In this document: positions 44,365 through 53,997 of the stretch, piece after piece
Layout: every line of letters starts with the position of its first letter
Numbering within the stretch: the stretch's first letter is position 1
From: an uncultured Clostridia bacterium
GTDB lineage: Bacteria; Bacillota; Clostridia; Oscillospirales; Oscillospiraceae
Reading direction: 5' to 3'
Length of the DNA stretch: 64,000 bases
Assembly: GCA_947649615.1 (NCBI GenBank)
Contig: CANSSG010000007.1
Coordinates: 5,531-69,530, forward strand
The notes under the pieces: model-generated
What the model saw: only the letters and a program-made list of their open reading frames with translations
Told to the model about the DNA's origin: nothing
The model's database searches: none
Translations under genes and position numbers: made by a program

Positions 44365-47300
44365 TCAGGCCATAAGGGTGTTGGAAAGAACAAGCCACCC
44401 ATCCGCCGAACGTATCAGGAAGGCGGTAACGGGCTGGTTCCAAAGCAGCTCCAACCCGCCGTTTTCATCGTACCGCCATATGTCGGCCGTATACGCCAGC
44501 TTGACGGAGGTGCCGTCCGCATTCTTGGTCCCACCCGCAAAGGTGTACCCGGCCTGCATCGTATCGCCGTGAACCATATAATAGGAATCATATTCTTCCA
44601 AGTAGAAAAGCTGCTGTTTAAGCTGTTCCAGGGCGCCGTCAAGGAATTCCTCCGGCTGGACGGGCAAAACGAAATTGGACGTGAGAAACGCCCGGATTTC
44701 CTCCGCCGTAAGCTTAAAGCAGTCGGTATCCGGCCTGCCGTCTGCAAAATACTTCTCAAACAGCGCGTCAAGCTCTTCGCCGCTGCCGGCGGGTTTGCCC
44801 ATATCGTAAAGGATGATATCAAGATAGGGGATGATGGAATGGATGCCGCCGTCATAGGCGGCCCGGAGCAAGCCGTTGTGCTGCCGGACGTTAAAGTAGC
44901 TGGTAAAGGCCACCAATTCGTCATGGCTCAGCGGGGTCTCTCCGCCGTACGCCCCGACGGGGGTCAGCCCGTTCCGGGCAATGAAATCCGTAAGCATCTG
45001 CCCAAAGGCCGGGCTTTCCAGGAACGCATTCATATCCTCCTGTATGGCCCCGGGCGTATGGTTATTCTCAGCGTCGGGGAATTCCAGGTAGTAATAGTTC
45101 CCCTCATCATCCTTCGCGAAGGTGTATTCCTCCGTTAATCCGTTGTCCAACTGTATCTGGTAATTGACCGCGTTATGCCGGACAATGGTCACAAACAGGC
45201 TGCCCAGATAGGCGTTCACAAACCCGGCTTCATAGGTCTGCCGGTGATAAATGCAGAACAGCACCTCGAAGCTGATGGAGCGGTTGTCGCCCTTGGGGTT
45301 GATGACATAATTACCAGCGAGAAGATTGCCCTCCTGGTCCCGCACCGGGAACGCCAAGGTAGTCCCGTTGGATTCATACAGCATCACCTGGTCGCCAAAC
45401 CCGTTGGTTTCCAGCGTACCTTCCAGGCCGGCAGCTTCCTCGAAGGGCGGCTCCCATACCTCGCCGCAGACCTGCCAGAACGCCATGGTAGTATCCCAGG
45501 CCTCCACCGGATAGGCCACATGGGCAAGCAGCAGCGTCACGGCGCGGCCGCGGCAAACGGCGCGGACCAAGACGGCCTCATCATGGCCGTTTTCCACCTC
45601 ATCCGCTTGGAAGGTACGCAGCACCGCAGGCTCCTCATCCGGCCAAGTAGCATAAACCTGGGTCAGATAGGTGTTGACGGTTTTCTGCCACTCCAACGCC
45701 CAGGCCTCCCGGCCATGCCGCAGCTCGTCCAGGAAATCGCCGTCCCACTCCGGCCAGCCGTTGAGGACGCCGCCCAAGGGCATGCCCGCGTAAATCTCGC
45801 AGTAAAGGTACTCCTCCCAAGTAAAGCCCTTTTCCCAGACCACGGCGTCAGTGGTAGTCCCCTCATGGGTAACCGTACCGTCCTGGCCGGTGCTGAAGAC
45901 CAGCACCGGCGCGCCAGCGGAGGAGGTTTCCGCCACCCACCCTTGATCCTCGTTCATACCGCCCGCAAGAAATAGGTTGCTGATATCGTTGGGCTTCATG
46001 CGGTATTGCAGTTCCCAGATATAAAAGGTTTTGCCGTCAATCTCCAAGCTTTCGGAGCAGAACAGGCTGGTGATATATTTTTCTGTGAAGGCCAGGTCTT
46101 TGGAATCGAATTCCTTCGCGCTGGCGATATACGATTCCGCCGCCCGCTCCATCTGTTCACGCGCCTCCGCCTCCACGGCGGTATACAGCGGCGTAGTAAA
46201 GCTTACCGGCTGCCCGTCCACCAGTGTCAGCGTCCCGGACGCCAGCCGGGAGGAGAACGCCCCCTCCAGCTCCAAGGCGACCGTACCGCCCGTCCTGGTG
46301 CCGCTTATCACAGCAGGCGGCGTATACGGGTCATACGGGTCTTGAAGCGTGGCCGTCCCCAGGTAGATGTCATAAGCACCCGGCAGGCCTTCCGGCGGCA
46401 GATAGGACACGTCGGAATACATGGTGGAGACGTACCTGCGCATATCCTCACGGCTGACCAATTCCTGATACTGCGCCAATTCCCTCTCGCTAAGCGCCCC
46501 GTCCCCGGAGGACTTCACCCCGAAAACGCAAGCCGCCACCGCCGCCGCCAGCAGCACCGCAGCAAGGGCCAGTACGCCCCATTTGCGGCCCCTCGCACCC
46601 AAAATATTACGAAACCGCTCTTTCATCACTTCTTTTCCTCCGTAAAAGTGGGTGGACAGCACGGCGCGGGAAAGCGCCTTCTGCCTATGGACCGAAGCCA
46701 GCAGCGTCTCGCTGTAAGCCCGCCTGACCTCGGCCCCGGCGCCCGCGACCACGGCGTCGTCGCAGGTTAGTTCCAGGTCCCGCTCCGCCTCCCGCCGCAG
46801 CAGGTAGACCAGGGGATTAAACCAATGCAGCCCGCAGGCCAGCATCAGCACCAGCTTATACCACAAGTCATGCCGCCGGAAGTGGGTCAACTCATGCCGG
46901 AAGATGAAGGTTAGCTCCGTCTCCCCATACGCCTCCCCAGGAAGCAGCAGCTTCGGCCGGACAAGCCCCACTAACATAGGCGAATCCACGGCGGAGCTGA
47001 CCCGCAGCGCCGGCAGCCGCTTCAGCCCCATATCCCGGCCGGCCGCGTCATAAACGCCGGCCGCATTCTCCCCGGCGCACCGGCTCCAGCGGTTTGCCCG
47101 GCGGGTGAAAAACCAGGTCCCCGCCCCATGGTAGAGGAGAAAGGCCGCCGCCCCGGCAAGCCACAGCATTGTAAGGGCCTTTTCCAGCGGAAACGTCTTC
47201 CCCAGCTCCGCCTGCTTCTGCCCGGCGGATACGGGCGGCCTTGCCGCCCCGTGTTCAATGGCGGGCCGCCGGAAGGACAGCCCATCCTCCCGGCTGACGG

Positions 47301-47532
47301 CGACATCGACCTTGGGCAGCTCCAAAACCACAGGCGGCGAGACGGCCGCGTCCGGGGCCAATTTCCCCCAAGGGACAGGCGAGAGCAGGAGGAACCCCGC
47401 CATGGCCAGCCACGCGGCGCAGCGCCATTTCGCGCTGTACCTGCGGTCCAGCAAGGGCTTGAGCAGGGTCAGGAGCAAAGCCAGCGCGCCGACAATGACG
47501 CTCCATTTTAAAATATCCAAAACAGGCTCCAT
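44365..47532 (-). CDS. BlaR1/MecR1-like M56 peptidase signal transducer with roughly 700-aa unassigned extracytoplasmic domain
   Basis: N-terminal TM segments, zinc motif FIFRHELTHFRRHD (HExxH) and LHWFNPLVYLL. A further TM (KWGVLALAAVLLAAAVAACVFGV) is followed by about 700 aa with no motif I recognise. Confidence 0.8.
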   Translation of the reverse strand: MEPVLDILKWSVIVGALALLLTLLKPLLDRRYSAKWRCAAWLAMAGFLLLSPVPWGKLAPDAAVSPPVVLELPKVDVAVSREDGLSFRRPAIEHGAARPPVSAGQKQAELGKTFPLEKALTMLWLAGAAAFLLYHGAGTWFFTRRANRWSRCAGENAAGVYDAAGRDMGLKRLPALRVSSAVDSPMLVGLVRPKLLLPGEAYGETELTFIFRHELTHFRRHDLWYKLVLMLACGLHWFNPLVYLLRREAERDLELTCDDAVVAGAGAEVRRAYSETLLASVHRQKALSRAVLSTHFYGGKEVMKERFRNILGARGRKWGVLALAAVLLAAAVAACVFGVKSSGDGALSERELAQYQELVSREDMRRYVSTMYSDVSYLPPEGLPGAYDIYLGTATLQDPYDPYTPPAVISGTRTGGTVALELEGAFSSRLASGTLTLVDGQPVSFTTPLYTAVEAEAREQMERAAESYIASAKEFDSKDLAFTEKYITSLFCSESLEIDGKTFYIWELQYRMKPNDISNLFLAGGMNEDQGWVAETSSAGAPVLVFSTGQDGTVTHEGTTTDAVVWEKGFTWEEYLYCEIYAGMPLGGVLNGWPEWDGDFLDELRHGREAWALEWQKTVNTYLTQVYATWPDEEPAVLRTFQADEVENGHDEAVLVRAVCRGRAVTLLLAHVAYPVEAWDTTMAFWQVCGEVWEPPFEEAAGLEGTLETNGFGDQVMLYESNGTTLAFPVRDQEGNLLAGNYVINPKGDNRSISFEVLFCIYHRQTYEAGFVNAYLGSLFVTIVRHNAVNYQIQLDNGLTEEYTFAKDDEGNYYYLEFPDAENNHTPGAIQEDMNAFLESPAFGQMLTDFIARNGLTPVGAYGGETPLSHDELVAFTSYFNVRQHNGLLRAAYDGGIHSIIPYLDIILYDMGKPAGSGEELDALFEKYFADGRPDTDCFKLTAEEIRAFLTSNFVLPVQPEEFLDGALEQLKQQLFYLEEYDSYYMVHGDTMQAGYTFAGGTKNADGTSVKLAYTADIWRYDENGGLELLWNQPVTAFLIRSADGWLVLSNTLMA

Positions 47533-47904
47533 TTACTTTCCCTCCAATGCGTCCAAATATTGCCGCAGTTCCTTGAGTTCATCCTCTCCAATTGCGCGCC
47601 CGTCGCAGAGGGAAGCAACCATTCCGGTGAAGCTTCCGCCGTAGAGCCGGTCAAGAATCCCGCGCCCTTCTGCGGTTTTGTATTCGCCCTCGCTGATTAG
47701 CGGGCGGTATAGGTTGCCGCGCCCCTGCTTTTCGCAGGCGAGGTAGCCTTTTTCCACCAAGCGGCCCAGCGAAGTCAGGATCGCGGGCAGCGTCCAATTC
47801 CGGCTGCCGCGCAGCTTATCCTGCACATAACCGGACTGTACCGGCTCCCCTGCGGCCCAAACGGCCAGCATAATTTCCAGTTCCGCGTCCCCGAGTTTTT
47901 TCAT
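47533..47904 (-). CDS. blaI: BlaI/MecI/CopY-family transcriptional repressor
   Basis: MKKLGDAELEIMLAVWAAGEPVQSGYVQDKLRGSRNWTLPAILTSLGRLVEKGYL.... Its stop abuts the blaR1-like ATG. Confidence 0.88.
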   Translation of the reverse strand: MKKLGDAELEIMLAVWAAGEPVQSGYVQDKLRGSRNWTLPAILTSLGRLVEKGYLACEKQGRGNLYRPLISEGEYKTAEGRGILDRLYGGSFTGMVASLCDGRAIGEDELKELRQYLDALEGK

Positions 47905-47922
47905 AGCGCACCTCCAATATAT

Positions 47923-47983
47923 GTTATACAAATGTGTAACTTGTCCTTATTATACAATCGTATATTAAAATAATCAAGTTACA
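47923..47983 (-). promoter_or_regulatory. blaI promoter (TTGATT-17-TGTATAAT) with candidate TACA/TGT operators
   Basis: -35 at 47977-47972 and -10 at 47954-47949. An 18-nt near-palindrome GTTATACA-AA-TGTGTAAC spans 47923-47940. A 9-bp perfect inverted repeat, TGTAACTTG (47935-47943) and CAAGTTACA (47975-47983), brackets the core promoter. Confidence 0.55.
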
Positions 47984-48125
47984 GTCCGGTAACACTTGTA
48001 AAAAAGAAGAAGGCCGCGGCATGGCTGCCGGTTTTGCCGGGCGCGGCCCGCCGTTCCCGGGGCGGCGATGTCATTTTATCATTGAAAATTGCGTTCTTTT
48101 TCTCAAATATTGTATGGATTGCGGG

Positions 48126-48154
48126 TTGAAATAGAAAAATACTTGGTATACAAT
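48126..48154 (+). promoter_or_regulatory. Promoter TTGAAA-17-TACAAT
   Basis: -35 at 48126-48131 and -10 at 48149-48154, upstream of typA. Confidence 0.55.
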
Positions 48155-48207
48155 AAGCAGGCTGAACTAGGACAATCTTTATTTTAACCGAGAAAGAGGT
48201 TTTTTGC

Positions 48208-50037
48208 TTGAAAAATGAGAAATTGAGAAACGTCGCCATTATCGCCCACGTCGACCATGGGAAAACCACCCTGGTGGATGAAATGCTCAAGCAGGGCGGC
48301 GTTTACCGGGAAAACCAGGAGGTCGTGGACCGGGTCATGGACTCCGGCGACCTGGAGCGGGAACGGGGCATTACCATCCTTGCGAAAAACACCGCCATCC
48401 AATACGGCGATGTGAAAATCAACATCGTCGATACCCCGGGCCATGCGGACTTCGGCGGCGAGGTAGAGCGCATCCTGAAAATGGTCAACGGCGTCATCCT
48501 GCTGGTGGACGCCGCCGAAGGGCCGATGCCCCAGACCAGGTTCGTGCTGAGCAAGGCCCTGGAGCTGGGCCACCGGGTTATCGTGGTGGTCAACAAGATT
48601 GACCGGCCTGACCAGCGGATTTATGAGGTCATTAACGAGTGCGGCGACTTGCTCATCGACCTGGACGCCACCGATGAACAATTGGACAGCCCGATGCTGT
48701 TCTGTTCCGCGCGGCGGGGCATCTGCTCCTATCACCCCGAGGACTTGGGGACGGATTTGAAGCCGCTGTTTGAAACGATTCTTAATTATATCCCCGCCCC
48801 CGAGGCCGACGCGGAACAGCCCTTCCAGATGTTGGTCAGCTCCATTGACTACAACGAGTTTGTAGGGCGTATCGCGGTTGGCCGGATCGAACGGGGCGCC
48901 ATCAAGCAGAACCAGGAAATCGCCGTATGCAACTACCACGCCCCGGACGCCCCCGCGAAAAAGGCGAAGGCCGTCAGCATCTATGAGTTCGAGGGGCTGG
49001 CAAAAAAGGCCGTGACGGAATCTTCCGCAGGGAATATTATCGCCATGAGCGGCATTGGCGATATTACCATCGGCGATACCATCTGCGCCGTGGCCGCGCC
49101 GGAGCCGCTGCCGTTTGTGAAGATTTCCGCGCCTACCATGGAAATGACGTTTTCTATCAATGACTCGCCTTTCTGCGGGCGGGAAGGGAAGTTTGTGACC
49201 TCCCGGCAGATCCGGGACAGGCTCTTCCGGGAGACCTTGAAGGATGTGTCCTTGCGGATCACGGAGATCGAGGGGGCGATGGACGCCTTTAATGTGGCGG
49301 GGCGCGGCGAGATGCACCTGTCCATCCTCATTGAAACCATGCGCCGGGAGGGGTATGAGTTCCAGGTCTCCCCGCCCCGTGTGCTCTATCAGGAGATCGA
49401 CGGGCAGCGGTGCGAGCCGATTGAGCGACTGGTGGCCGATGTACCCCAGGACAGCGTGGGCGCGGTCATTGAGAAGATGGGGTCCCGGAAGGGCGATTTG
49501 GTGGAAATGACCCCTGTGGGCGACCGGATGAAGCTGGAGTTCCTGGTGCCTGCCCGGGGGCTGTTCGGCTACCGCAACGAGTTTTTGACCGATACCCGGG
49601 GCGAGGGGATTATGGCGTCCGTGTTTGACAGCTACGCCCCCTACAAGGGCGACCTGAGCCGGAGAAATACCGGCAGCCTGATTGCCTTTGAGACCGGGGA
49701 TAGCATTACCTACGGCCTGTTTAACGCCCAGGAGCGGGGCGCGCTGTTTATTGGCGCGGGCGTTCCGGTATACGCCGGCATGGTGGTGGGTGTCAGCCCG
49801 AAGCAGGAGGATATTACGGTCAACGTCTGCAAGAAGAAGCAGCTTACCAACATGCGGGCCAGCGGCAGCGACGAGGCCCTGCGGCTGGTACCCCACCGGA
49901 TTCTCAGCCTGGAACAATGCCTGGAGTTTCTGGCGGACGATGAATTGCTGGAAGTTACGCCTAAGAGCCTGCGGATCCGCAAGCGGATTTTGGATCATGA
50001 GAAGCGGATGAAGGCGCTGAAGGGCGGGAAAAAGTGA
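48208..50037 (+). CDS. typA: Translational GTPase TypA/BipA
   Basis: TTG start. (M)[30 protein letters not shown]...[14 protein letters not shown]...; 609 aa. Confidence 0.95.
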   Translation: MKNEKLRNVAIIAHVDHGKTTLVDEMLKQGGVYRENQEVVDRVMDSGDLERERGITILAKNTAIQYGDVKINIVDTPGHADFGGEVERILKMVNGVILLVDAAEGPMPQTRFVLSKALELGHRVIVVVNKIDRPDQRIYEVINECGDLLIDLDATDEQLDSPMLFCSARRGICSYHPEDLGTDLKPLFETILNYIPAPEADAEQPFQMLVSSIDYNEFVGRIAVGRIERGAIKQNQEIAVCNYHAPDAPAKKAKAVSIYEFEGLAKKAVTESSAGNIIAMSGIGDITIGDTICAVAAPEPLPFVKISAPTMEMTFSINDSPFCGREGKFVTSRQIRDRLFRETLKDVSLRITEIEGAMDAFNVAGRGEMHLSILIETMRREGYEFQVSPPRVLYQEIDGQRCEPIERLVADVPQDSVGAVIEKMGSRKGDLVEMTPVGDRMKLEFLVPARGLFGYRNEFLTDTRGEGIMASVFDSYAPYKGDLSRRNTGSLIAFETGDSITYGLFNAQERGALFIGAGVPVYAGMVVGVSPKQEDITVNVCKKKQLTNMRASGSDEALRLVPHRILSLEQCLEFLADDELLEVTPKSLRIRKRILDHEKRMKALKGGKK

Positions 50038-50648
50038 ACCACTTAGGTACTGTGGAGCTGGGGACGGCGCGTCTCCGGCTCCGCAGGTTTCAAAACGGGG
50101 ACGCGGATAGCTGCCTGCGGAATTGGGCTGGCAATGGCCGCGTCTTTCAATTTATTTCTCAAACACCGATGGCACCGGCCGATATGGCGGCATTTCTCGC
50201 AGGGGCAGAGGACGCTTACGCCGCCCTTACCACCTATTATTGGGCAGTAGAGGAAAAAGAAAGCCGGGAAGTGATTGGAGAAATCTTCGTGGATGATTTC
50301 TCAGAGCGCAACGGCTGGTGCGAATTGGATTATAAGCTGGGACCGGCCTTCTGGCGCAGGGGGTATGCGGTGGAAGCGGCGCGGGCGGTAGCCGCCTTTC
50401 TTTTTGACTGCGTCGGGTTTCACCGGATACAGGCAAAGTGTTCTGTCCAAAACGCAGCATCCGAGGGGGTCATGCAGAAGATGGGAATGCGGCAGGAAGG
50501 CGTCCTGCGCTCACATTTTCTCCGTAAAGATGGCCTTGGGTATGACGATGTGGTCTTATATGCCCTTTTGCGTAACGAAGCGTCCACCAAGTACGGCGCC
50601 CCGAACCCAGGGGGCAAATATAGCGCCTGTCCGCCATCAGGGGTTTGA
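50034..50648 (+). CDS. GNAT-family N-acetyltransferase (RimJ/RimL-like)
   Basis: GTARLRLRRFQNGD...WRRGYAVEAARAVAAFLFDCVGFHRIQAKC...; GTGA overlap with typA. Confidence 0.8.
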   Translation: MNHLGTVELGTARLRLRRFQNGDADSCLRNWAGNGRVFQFISQTPMAPADMAAFLAGAEDAYAALTTYYWAVEEKESREVIGEIFVDDFSERNGWCELDYKLGPAFWRRGYAVEAARAVAAFLFDCVGFHRIQAKCSVQNAASEGVMQKMGMRQEGVLRSHFLRKDGLGYDDVVLYALLRNEASTKYGAPNPGGKYSACPPSGV

Positions 50649-50705
50649 CAGACCGCGTCGAATCTTGTATGATAGAGGGAGTTTGACACGAAGGAGTTAT
50701 GACCT

Positions 50706-52679
50706 ATGAAGAAAATCATTGGGTTGTTCCTATTCCTGAGCGTTCTTTCCCTGGCGGCGGGATACGCCCAGACTGCGGGGCTTGCCCCGCAGTCCGCTGG
50801 TTCTGCGAAGCCAGCGGATTACCTTGCATTCTCTGACGGGCTGGACGGGCAGGAAGCCGCGTCCCCGTTGTACGCGGAGGAAGCGCCTGAGGATGGGGCG
50901 GAGGAAACGGAGCGCGGGGAGGATGGGGCCTTAGAGGTCTATGAAATTGCCGCCGCCGAAGAAGAACCGCCGGGCCTTACCCTGGAAGAAGTTCACGCCG
51001 TCCGCTTTGAAGATGTGCCTGCCGGGGACCCTCGGGCCGTTTTTATTGGCTACGCCGTCTGCCGTTCCTATCTGGAAGGCGTGGAGGAAGGCCGTTTCGA
51101 CCCGGACGGCTATGTAACCCGCGCCAGCCTCGCCGCCGTCCTCCACCGCATGAGCGGCGCGGCAGACTCCAACACCGCCATCGCCTTTCTTGACATGGAC
51201 AGCGGGGCGTGGTATGCGGACGCCGTGAGCTGGGCGGTGGAAAACGGCGTCGTTACCGGCACGGCGGACGGCGCTTTTGAGCCCCAAAAGCCTGTGACAC
51301 GGGAACAGCTTGCCGTATTCCTCTACCGCTTCGCAGCGGAAGGCGGCGGACAAGCTGCCAGCGAAACCTTGGCCGCGTACCGGGATGGCGGGGAAATCCT
51401 GGCGTATGCCCGGGAGCCAATGGCTTGGGTGCTGGAAAATGGGATTTTCGCCGGGATGGTGGGGGATGCCATTCACCGCTCCCTGCCTGTCTCCCGGGGG
51501 CAGCTCGCGCAGGTGTTGACGGCCTTTGACGCCTATGCCGGGACGGAGCCGGTGGCGGAAGTTCTGGCGGAACAGCTTCAGGAGGCGGCCATTGAGAGCG
51601 TCAGTTTGGCAAAGCACGAGGACATCCAGAGCAAGGTGGACGCCGTAGCCGCCAAGTATGGCGCGGTGGGCTTGCAGGTGGCGGTGGTCGAAAGCGGCCG
51701 GGTCACCGATGCTTACGCCTACGGCTGGGCCACTAAGGGCAGCGACCGAATGACCCCCAACCACAAGACGCGCATCGCTTCCATTACAAAGGTGGGCGTA
51801 GGGCTGGCCGCGATGGCGCTGTATGAGGACGGCGTGGCCGATCTGGATCAGAGTATCGGAGCCTACTGGGGCGTCTCCGCCAAAAATCCTTACTACCCTG
51901 ACGACCCGGTCACCATCCGGACGCTGCTGACCCACACCTCTTCCCTTGCCGCGCTGGGAGATGACGCGTCCCAGTCCAGGGGAGCCGTCCAGTCCAGGCT
52001 GCAATCCGGCGGATACGCCAAAACCCGGCCGGGGGCTACGTCCTCCTGGCGTTACAACAACTACGCTTTCGGCGTTCTTGGGCAAACCTTGGAAATTGCC
52101 GCGGGGGCATATTTGGACGAGGTCATGGAAGAGCACTTTTGGAAGATCATGGAAATTGACGCCGCCTTTGAAAGCGGGAACGTGAAAAACCATGACCTGC
52201 TCTGCACCGTGTACCAGTACGGCGGCGTAGGGCGCAGCCTGTCCGCCATGAAAAGCAACACCCGCCGCTACCATCCCCCAGGGGCCACCGGGGCGTATTT
52301 CGCCGGCGGCATGACCATGAGCGCCATAGATTTAGGGAAAATGACCGCCCTGCTGGCCAACGACGGGCGCTATGAGGGGCTGCAATTGCTGAAGGCGGAT
52401 ACGGTGGAGATGATGGAGGTCCGGTGCGAGCCGCAGCTTCCGGACGGGACGTATCAGGCGTTGGCCCTGCGGTCCCAGGATGATTTGTATGGGCGGGATG
52501 TTCTGTACTACCACACCGGCAGCGCCTACGGCGTGTTCAACTGCATGTCCTATGACCCGGAAACCGGAGACGGCGTGGTAGTCCTTACTTCCGGCGCAAG
52601 CGGCGCGAAGGATGACCGGGGGATTTACGCCGTGTGCGGGGAAATCAGCCAGTACATATACGACGCTATCGCGCAATAG
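50706..52679 (+). CDS. Secreted SLH-domain protein fused to a beta-lactamase-fold serine hydrolase
   Basis: Signal peptide MKKIIGLFLFLSVLSLAAG. SLH-like repeats (FEDVPAGDP..., FLDMDSGAWYADAVSWAVENGVVTG...). SxxK motif RIASITKVG. Confidence 0.8.
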   Translation: MKKIIGLFLFLSVLSLAAGYAQTAGLAPQSAGSAKPADYLAFSDGLDGQEAASPLYAEEAPEDGAEETERGEDGALEVYEIAAAEEEPPGLTLEEVHAVRFEDVPAGDPRAVFIGYAVCRSYLEGVEEGRFDPDGYVTRASLAAVLHRMSGAADSNTAIAFLDMDSGAWYADAVSWAVENGVVTGTADGAFEPQKPVTREQLAVFLYRFAAEGGGQAASETLAAYRDGGEILAYAREPMAWVLENGIFAGMVGDAIHRSLPVSRGQLAQVLTAFDAYAGTEPVAEVLAEQLQEAAIESVSLAKHEDIQSKVDAVAAKYGAVGLQVAVVESGRVTDAYAYGWATKGSDRMTPNHKTRIASITKVGVGLAAMALYEDGVADLDQSIGAYWGVSAKNPYYPDDPVTIRTLLTHTSSLAALGDDASQSRGAVQSRLQSGGYAKTRPGATSSWRYNNYAFGVLGQTLEIAAGAYLDEVMEEHFWKIMEIDAAFESGNVKNHDLLCTVYQYGGVGRSLSAMKSNTRRYHPPGATGAYFAGGMTMSAIDLGKMTALLANDGRYEGLQLLKADTVEMMEVRCEPQLPDGTYQALALRSQDDLYGRDVLYYHTGSAYGVFNCMSYDPETGDGVVVLTSGASGAKDDRGIYAVCGEISQYIYDAIAQ

Positions 52680-52690
52680 GAGGTTTTTTC

Positions 52691-53938
52691 ATGAAACAAC
52701 GTTTTTCCGCCCTGCTGGCAGGCTTGCTGGCGCTGTGTCTCTGCGCCTGCGGCCAGGGCGTGGCGGCGGACGCCGGCCCGGCGCCTGCCGCGCCGGTGCA
52801 GGCTTCCGCTGCGGATGTGCGGGAGGATCTGCCCCCGCCTGTCCAGGAGCCGCCGGAGCCGGAGCTGCCGGAACCTACTGTGGCAGCCTTGGCCGTATGC
52901 GGCGACGCCATGAGCCATATGCCCATTACCAACGACGCCTGGAACGGCGAGAAGTATGATTACGTGCGGGTGATGAACGGCGCGAAGGCCTACGTGGAAG
53001 CCGCCGATTACGCGGTGGTGAACCTGGAGACCACCTTTGCCGGGGGGCCGAAATATTCCGGGTATCCCGCGTTCAATTCGCCGGACGACATGGCTTACGG
53101 TTTGAAAGAGCTTGGGTTTGACCTGTGCCTGACCGCCAACAACCACAGCCTGGATAAGGGATGGTCTGGCTTAAGCCGTACGCTGGACGTGCTGGACGAA
53201 GCCGGGCTGGCCCATGTAGGCACCAGCCGCACCCAGGAGGAGCGGGACAACAATTTTGTGGTGGCCGATGTGGGCGGCATTTCGGTGGCGTTTTTGGGAT
53301 ATACATACGGCACCAACGGGATTCCCGTTTCCAAGGACCACCCCTACTGTATCAATGTGTTCAACACCGACTACCTGTCCAGTCTCCGCACCCCGGACAA
53401 GGAACGGCTGGCGGCGGATTTGGAACAAGCCAAGGCCGCAGGCACAGACCTGATTGCCGTGATGATTCATTGGGGCGTAGAGTATCAGACCAAGCAGAAC
53501 GCCTATCAGGAGGAAATGGCGGATTTTCTCTTTGCAAACGGCGCGGACATTATCCTGGGCGGACACTCCCATGTACCCCAGCCCATGGAAATCCGTACGC
53601 TGGCGGACGGACGGCAGGGATTTGTCTGCTACTCCCTGGGGAACTTCATTTCCTCCCAGAACGACGAGTACACCGATACGACGGCGGTGCTGACCCTGGA
53701 GCTGACCCGGGACAATGTGACCGGCACGGCCCAGGTGAGCGGGTACAGCTACGCGCCGATGTATATGCTGGACCGGGAAGCCGGGGCGAAGCCCCGCTTC
53801 CAGCTTTTGGACGTATACCAGGCATTGGCGTCTGAGGAAACGGGGCAGGCTCTCTCCAAACGGCTCAGCAAGGCCGTGGAGGACTGCCACAAAATCTTCG
53901 GCGCAGGCCACGACGGGAAAGCCCAGCCAGCACAGTGA
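52691..53938 (+). CDS. CapA/PgsA-family lipoprotein (metallophosphatase fold)
   Basis: MKQRFSALLAGLLALCLCAC (lipobox). ...VVNLETTFAGGP...LCLTANNHSLDKG...IHWGVEY.... RBS AGGAGG. Confidence 0.82.
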   Translation: MKQRFSALLAGLLALCLCACGQGVAADAGPAPAAPVQASAADVREDLPPPVQEPPEPELPEPTVAALAVCGDAMSHMPITNDAWNGEKYDYVRVMNGAKAYVEAADYAVVNLETTFAGGPKYSGYPAFNSPDDMAYGLKELGFDLCLTANNHSLDKGWSGLSRTLDVLDEAGLAHVGTSRTQEERDNNFVVADVGGISVAFLGYTYGTNGIPVSKDHPYCINVFNTDYLSSLRTPDKERLAADLEQAKAAGTDLIAVMIHWGVEYQTKQNAYQEEMADFLFANGADIILGGHSHVPQPMEIRTLADGRQGFVCYSLGNFISSQNDEYTDTTAVLTLELTRDNVTGTAQVSGYSYAPMYMLDREAGAKPRFQLLDVYQALASEETGQALSKRLSKAVEDCHKIFGAGHDGKAQPAQ

Positions 53939-53944
53939 GAAGCT

Positions 53945-53986
53945 GAAGAAGCCGCCGCAGGCGTTTGTGCCTGCGGCGGCTTCTTT
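53945..53986. terminator. Bidirectional terminator hairpin
   Basis: AAGAAGCCGCCGCAGGC-GTTTGT-GCCTGCGGCGGCTTCTT followed by a T run. Confidence 0.8.
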
Positions 53987-53997
53987 CAAAGAGGGCC

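Noticed and set aside
47979-49998. Minus-strand ORFs 47979-48290 (103 aa) and 48184-49998 (604 aa).
   Set aside because: The first lies in the blaI-typA promoter region with no RBS. The second is the antisense shadow of typA.
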